64,000 nt of DNA from a virus (lineage: Duplodnaviria > Caudoviricetes): IMG/VR virus record IMGVR_UViG_3300027653_000769, positions 1 through 64,000 of that record; one strand, 5' to 3'. A program made the position numbers and the translations under genes. Below the pieces are notes generated by a model. That model saw only the letters and a list, made by a program, of their open reading frames with translations. It searched no databases and had not been told where the DNA came from. Positions 59,794 to 64,000 of the stretch are shown here, piece after piece; the first letter of the stretch is position 1, and each line of letters begins with the position of its first letter.

Positions 59794-60234
59794 ATGGTAA
59801 AAATATTAAATAGAAACAAAGTTTTATTGGGATTATTGGTAGTTTTAACCGTGGTCATATCAGCATGTAGTGGAGAAAATGGAAAGACGTTAAAACCGAA
59901 TGATGTGTTACAAGCGTTTGAGGATGCGGGATTAGCGGTTGGCGAAGATGCAAGGGAAATGACAGAGGAAGATTATGGGATGATACCAAAATCAGATGAC
60001 GACATTATCTTAACGATGTCCTCTCTAGGAGAAGATGTAGAGGTAAGGATTCTCTATTATGAAGACGAGGTTCTCCTTAACAATACAAGAGATCATTACG
60101 AGATGATGGAAGAAGATATGGGAATGCCGAGTAGCCATGTATTCAAGAAAGATAATGTACTCGTACAAATTAAAGGAGATTTTTCTGATGAAGAAGCGAA
60201 AGAATTTGAAAAGGTACTAAGTACTATTAACTAA
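59794..60234 (+). CDS. Acidic lipoprotein
   Basis: Lipobox ISAC; RBS GGGAGG. Confidence 0.8.
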   Translation: MVKILNRNKVLLGLLVVLTVVISACSGENGKTLKPNDVLQAFEDAGLAVGEDAREMTEEDYGMIPKSDDDIILTMSSLGEDVEVRILYYEDEVLLNNTRDHYEMMEEDMGMPSSHVFKKDNVLVQIKGDFSDEEAKEFEKVLSTIN

Positions 60235-60278
60235 TAATGCGAGGACATCTTATGGTGTCCTTTTTGTTTTTATTTTGG

Positions 60279-60307
60279 TTTACCTTTAATATAAAATAGT
60301 GTATTAT
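60279..60307 (+). promoter_or_regulatory. Conserved promoter/operator motif, copy 12
   Basis: TTTACC-tttaatataaaatagtg-TATTAT, then TTAGATAAG. Confidence 0.7.
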
Positions 60308-60356
60308 AGTATTTAGATAAGATATTCTAAAATACATTAAATGGAGGGTATGGGAA

Positions 60357-60650
60357 ATGAGTATATGGGAATATAAGCCAACAAACAGAAAATGTTTAGA
60401 AGGAAAGAAAGTATTTGCTGCCTATTTTGACGGAGAACTTGTAGGGTATCGTTTCAAAACACCAATGCAAACGATTAGGAAAATACAAAGAGTCTACAAG
60501 AAACTTGGTGTGCCTAGGTGGAACGAGGCAACTTTATATAACGGTTGGTACTTCCATGAAGGAAGAAACATTTATATAAACTACAAAGATGGGAAGGCCG
60601 TTGATAAGAAAACACAAATCAAAGGGATGCCAATGGGTTATGTTAGTTAA
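60357..60650 (+). CDS. Hypothetical protein
   Basis: RBS GGAGGG. Confidence 0.7.
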   Translation: MSIWEYKPTNRKCLEGKKVFAAYFDGELVGYRFKTPMQTIRKIQRVYKKLGVPRWNEATLYNGWYFHEGRNIYINYKDGKAVDKKTQIKGMPMGYVS

Positions 60651-60764
60651 AGGAACAATTAAGGGTGGGTTGAAATGGAGTAGATTAAACAAGGGGTGGT
60701 TTAGAAATAAGCGATAAATAACCTGTATTAAGGAATAAAAGAGGATGAATAGGAGGAGTCAATA

Positions 60765-60953
60765 ATGAAAGTATTAAATGAAATAGTAGGAAAAGATTCA
60801 CCATTAATAGATAGACTATATATCCCCATTACCTATTGTTTAAACTGCGATGATCCTATACATAACAATGATACACACATCAAGGAGTATTGCGGTAGTG
60901 ATTGTCAGAACGAACATGATCAAGTTATGAGGTATGTTTTAGAAGAAATTTAA
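60765..60953 (+). CDS. Small Zn-finger-like protein
   Basis: CLNC...YCGSDC; RBS AGGAGG. Confidence 0.7.
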   Translation: MKVLNEIVGKDSPLIDRLYIPITYCLNCDDPIHNNDTHIKEYCGSDCQNEHDQVMRYVLEEI

Positions 60954-60977
60954 AGAGAAAAAGGAGGAGAGATTAAG

Positions 60978-61280
60978 ATGGATGAAAGGTTACAAGAATT
61001 GTTGAAACGAAAACCCAGCAAATGGGGGAATGTATCTGTTAAAACTTTTGAACAGGATATAAAACTAATAACGTCTTGGGTAAAAGAGCAGCAGAAGCTT
61101 ACGAATAAACATGCCTATGAGAACGCAAGGGTAGAGGACAAAATAATGGCCTATGCGAAAAAGAACGGATTGCTGGATTATGTAGATAAATGGGGAAATA
61201 AGCCATACAGCGATGAAGATCACAATATTATTGTTATGTTAAAGGAATTGTTTGATGAATTAGATACAAGAGCAACGTAA
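60978..61280 (+). CDS. Hypothetical protein
   Basis: RBS AAGGAGG. Confidence 0.75.
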   Translation: MDERLQELLKRKPSKWGNVSVKTFEQDIKLITSWVKEQQKLTNKHAYENARVEDKIMAYAKKNGLLDYVDKWGNKPYSDEDHNIIVMLKELFDELDTRAT

Positions 61281-61341
61281 TGTCACCATTACAGGGGAGA
61301 TACACATGGAACTCTGTTTCTGACAAAAGGGGATCGAAGAT

Positions 61342-61488
61342 ATGGATAAGATCAAATGTATATATTGTGGAAAAATAAATGATTTAAGCGAAACTACCTT
61401 GTTAAAAGAAAAGCAGAATGAGAATGATTCACAAGTTAGACAATTAGAATGTAAAAAGTGTGAAGAGAAACATACATTTTTTAATTAA
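61342..61488 (+). CDS. 48-aa Zn-ribbon protein
   Basis: CIYC...CKKC; RBS AAAGGGG. Confidence 0.6.
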   Translation: MDKIKCIYCGKINDLSETTLLKEKQNENDSQVRQLECKKCEEKHTFFN

Positions 61489-61521
61489 ATAATATCACAA
61501 TACGTAAAAGAAGAAGAAGAT

Positions 61522-61671
61522 GTGAATAAAACAATGGAAGTTGCTGATGTTGTGAGGGTTAAAACAAGTTTAACAGGAATTTATGAAGGAGAAATATTAG
61601 AATTTAGGGGAAGAAATACCCTGGTAAGAGTTAATGGAATTGTATCGATTGACGAATGTGATTTAGTTTAA
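61522..61671 (+). CDS. Small SH3-like hypothetical protein
   Basis: MEVADVVRVK...EGEILEF; weak RBS. Confidence 0.45.
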   Translation: MNKTMEVADVVRVKTSLTGIYEGEILEFRGRNTLVRVNGIVSIDECDLV

Positions 61672-61723
61672 ATATAGGACAAAAGATTTGAACAAAATAC
61701 GGCATAGTAAGGGGATAAATAGA

Positions 61724-61966
61724 ATGGTTAGAATCAAACCTAAAAATTACAGTTGTTCAAGGTGTCATAGAAACCAATACACAACAGAGAAATGTCATGG
61801 GTGTGGAAGTAAAGTATTTGTAGAAGTGAAATACAGTGAAAATTACACCATAACGTTTACCGAGGAAGAGTTGGGTATTATCCAAAATTGGGGATTTATA
61901 GTAACAACGGAAAGACCGTTAAGTAAGCAAGAGAAAGAACTTTATTCCAAAATAACGAATGCCTAG
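61724..61966 (+). CDS. Small Zn-ribbon protein
   Basis: CSRC...CHGCGS; RBS AAGGGG before ATG 61724. Confidence 0.65.
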   Translation: MVRIKPKNYSCSRCHRNQYTTEKCHGCGSKVFVEVKYSENYTITFTEEELGIIQNWGFIVTTERPLSKQEKELYSKITNA

Positions 61967-62094
61967 CTAATAGAATCTATATAAGAAGATAGATAAGAAG
62001 ATACCCTTTCCGCAGAAATTACCATGCTAACCTATAAACATGATAAGCAAAAAATGTTAAATATAGGGGAATCTGCGGAAGGAAGTCAAGTTAG

Positions 62095-62709
62095 GTGTGT
62101 AATGGAAATAATCAATTTAGAGTATATAGATTCCTTGATTACAGGGGAAATATTATTTATATAGGAAAAACTAAAAACCTTAATCAACGTATATACCATC
62201 ATTTTTCTTATGGTCACTTACCGAAAGAATGCTATGACCAGGTAGTAGCTGTTGAGTATATAGAAATGGTTAGTAAAGGCGAAATGGATATGTATGAAAT
62301 ATATTTAATTAACAATGTCCTGCCCTACTTCAATACCAGGGACAAAAGAGAAGATACATTTACCTTTCAATTGCCAGAAAAAAGATGGAAAAGGTTTGAT
62401 AGATTAAGGCATGATAAGCCAATAGAGGAGCCTCCTATTAATATGGAGGATGAACTAGAAATACTACAAAATAAGTTATATGAAGCAGAGTCAGAGATCA
62501 AACGAACAAGAGTAAGAATACGAGATTTTTATATAAAGAATTTAGAAAGAACTATTTTAGAGAATAAAGATATTGATACAAGTACCAAACAGAGAATGAA
62601 AGAGAATATAGACTACATCAGGTTAGAACTTAACTATTTAAAGCATTACGGAAACAAAGAAAAACAGGATCAAATCCGGGAAGAGTATTTGTCTAACCGA
62701 TCGGCTTGA
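62095..62709 (+). CDS. GIY-YIG nuclease-domain protein with C-terminal coiled coil
   Basis: VYRFLD...IIYIGKTKNLNQRI, YEIYLIN...PYFN. Confidence 0.85.
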   Translation: MCNGNNQFRVYRFLDYRGNIIYIGKTKNLNQRIYHHFSYGHLPKECYDQVVAVEYIEMVSKGEMDMYEIYLINNVLPYFNTRDKREDTFTFQLPEKRWKRFDRLRHDKPIEEPPINMEDELEILQNKLYEAESEIKRTRVRIRDFYIKNLERTILENKDIDTSTKQRMKENIDYIRLELNYLKHYGNKEKQDQIREEYLSNRSA

Positions 62710-62869
62710 AGGATATACTTGTTTACGCTCGTTGAGGAGGAGACTTCCTTCCTAAATATATTAAAAAAGAACTTAGGTTTTATTCCGTTGAAATTGAATT
62801 AGACTTCTTCAATTTATTTTAACGGAACTACATAGAGACACAAAATGCGAACTAAGGGAGAGAAAATGA

Positions 62870-63151
62870 ATGAGGGTAGATAAAACAATATCTGAATTAC
62901 ATCACCTCACAATAAATGGGGATGTTGTTGAAGTATCTCAAATGGCAATAAACACAATAAAAAAGTTACAAGAAGAGCTAATGGAATGGGAGTCAGGTCA
63001 ACGTCAAACCGTTCAAGACTATAATGCTTATCGTGACAGAGGTGTTCAGTTATATGAAAAGGGTCAGAAAATTAAAGAATTGACAGAAGAAAACGAACGA
63101 ATGAAACGAATAATCAAGTCAAATGCATTTGTTATTGATGAAAATATTTAG
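62870..63151 (+). CDS. Hypothetical coiled-coil protein
   Basis: RBS AAGGGAG. Confidence 0.7.
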   Translation: MRVDKTISELHHLTINGDVVEVSQMAINTIKKLQEELMEWESGQRQTVQDYNAYRDRGVQLYEKGQKIKELTEENERMKRIIKSNAFVIDENI

Positions 63152-63208
63152 ATCACAGTTCGATAAAATTACGTATTAGACATAAAAATAGAAGGGGAAT
63201 TAGAAGGT

Positions 63209-63433
63209 ATGAGAGAGAAACACGGGTTGAATCAGTATCGTTTAAATTATGCTAAAAACTACGCACAAAACTTTTTAGAGACAGTCAATAAAATTGAAAT
63301 GATGTTCCAAATGTCGGAGCAGGGATTAGTCAAAGAGGAAGTAGCAGGGAACTATATTTCAAACAACATCAAAGAGTTAGATAGAAATTGGGAGTATTTT
63401 AAAAGCTATATCGAACAACGGGACAATAAGTAG
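63209..63433 (+). CDS. Hypothetical protein
   Basis: RBS AAGGGG. Confidence 0.7.
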   Translation: MREKHGLNQYRLNYAKNYAQNFLETVNKIEMMFQMSEQGLVKEEVAGNYISNNIKELDRNWEYFKSYIEQRDNK

Positions 63434-63475
63434 CGGACATTTGACCGAGTTAATGAATTAGGAGGGGCTTAGATA

Positions 63476-63715
63476 ATGAGTTGTAACAATATAAATGAAT
63501 TTAATGCGGGTGATGTCGTTCTAGTACCTAGAGGGCAGAAAACCAGGCTTTTTGAAGTATTAGATATAAACGGGGACAGAGTTATTATAACTAATGACTA
63601 TGTGCAAATTTCAAGGAATCCAGAGGATATTGTCATGGTTTGTAGGAAAGGGAATAGAGAAGATATTCACACGGAAAAGAAAACAGAAACTTCGGAGGGT
63701 AACAATGAGTATTAA
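63476..63715 (+). CDS. Small SH3/KOW-like hypothetical protein
   Basis: FNAGDVVLV; RBS AGGAGGGG. Confidence 0.7.
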   Translation: MSCNNINEFNAGDVVLVPRGQKTRLFEVLDINGDRVIITNDYVQISRNPEDIVMVCRKGNREDIHTEKKTETSEGNNEY

Positions 63716-63899
63716 AGACATGGTTAAAGGACACGAAGAAATTGCGAGAGACATTCAACAATTCATGTGGGAAGGGAAACCTTTTAAGAGCGAAAAGAGG
63801 AAACATACAGTAGAAGAACTTGAGGACTTTATTGAAAGTATTAGGAGACAAAGTTGGTCAAATTATGATTCAGGTTCTAAGTATTTAGGGTGGAATTAG
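63705..63899 (+). CDS. Small hypothetical protein
   Basis: RBS GGAGGG before ATG 63705. Confidence 0.65.
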   Translation: MSIKDMVKGHEEIARDIQQFMWEGKPFKSEKRKHTVEELEDFIESIRRQSWSNYDSGSKYLGWN

Positions 63900-63943
63900 T
63901 ACGAAAAGTTCATATGAAGCAATAGGGGAAGGAATTAAATAAC

Positions 63944-64000
63944 ATGTCTAAATTATATAGAAATGATTCTTTTGAAAAGGACGGAGCCAATCACTTTCTA
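63944..64000 (+). CDS. Partial CDS running off the window
   Basis: RBS AAGGA, open to the window end. Confidence 0.45.
   Translation, partial: MSKLYRNDSFEKDGANHFL

Noticed and set aside
62006-62827. Group I intron around the GIY-YIG gene
   Set aside because: No interrupted host gene and no recognisable P/Q/R/S core
1-64000. Numerous minus-strand ORFs in the track (e.g. 1976-2455, 9999-10748, 24946-25374, 37333-37794)
   Set aside because: Shadow frames opposite long, motif-bearing plus-strand genes; Ser/Phe/Leu-rich antisense composition and no RBS noticed
1-64000. CRISPR array, tRNA, rRNA, IS or integrase
   Set aside because: No regularly spaced repeats, cloverleafs or transposase/integrase motifs seen by eye
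39928-64000. Prophage interpretation of the small-gene region
   Set aside because: Genes are phage-like but there is no terminase, capsid, tail or integrase, and the region adjoins a conjugation cluster; a phage-plasmid cannot be excluded from this window alone

Overview
AT-rich window with almost all genes on the + strand, most consistent with part of a large conjugative plasmid or similar element of a Bacillaceae/low-GC Firmicute host. The host and element type are inferred from RBS style, sigma-A-like promoters and protein families. Layout: (1) 1-7.3 kb accessory block with a GNAT toxin-antitoxin-like pair, a CdaA/CdaR-like pair whose diadenylate-cyclase catalytic motifs are substituted, an AIM24-family gene and a type I TA locus. 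(2) 7.5-17.4 kb core block with a PrsA-like lipoprotein, 5'-3' exonuclease, DnaX, tandem HU-like protein and YdjM-like hydrolase. (3) 17.4-39.7 kb atypical Gram-positive transfer region: NlpC/P60 and lytic transglycosylase, each fused to a pilin-like membrane hairpin; a pilin-like protein; a 2063-aa VirB6-like protein; a VirB3/PrgI-like protein; a MinD/ParA-like module; VirB4; and an FtsK/SpoIIIE-type ATPase. No relaxase is seen. (4) 39.8-64 kb array of short phage-like genes (N6-MTase/SF2 helicase, second type I TA, ATP-dependent ligase, MazG-like, nucleotidyltransferase, nuclease, pore-degenerate K+ channel, GIY-YIG). Twelve copies of one promoter/operator motif occur in the window, 11 of them in block 4. 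No rRNA, tRNA, CRISPR, transposase, integrase, rep or capsid genes were recognised. All family calls come from motif recognition by eye, not from database searches.
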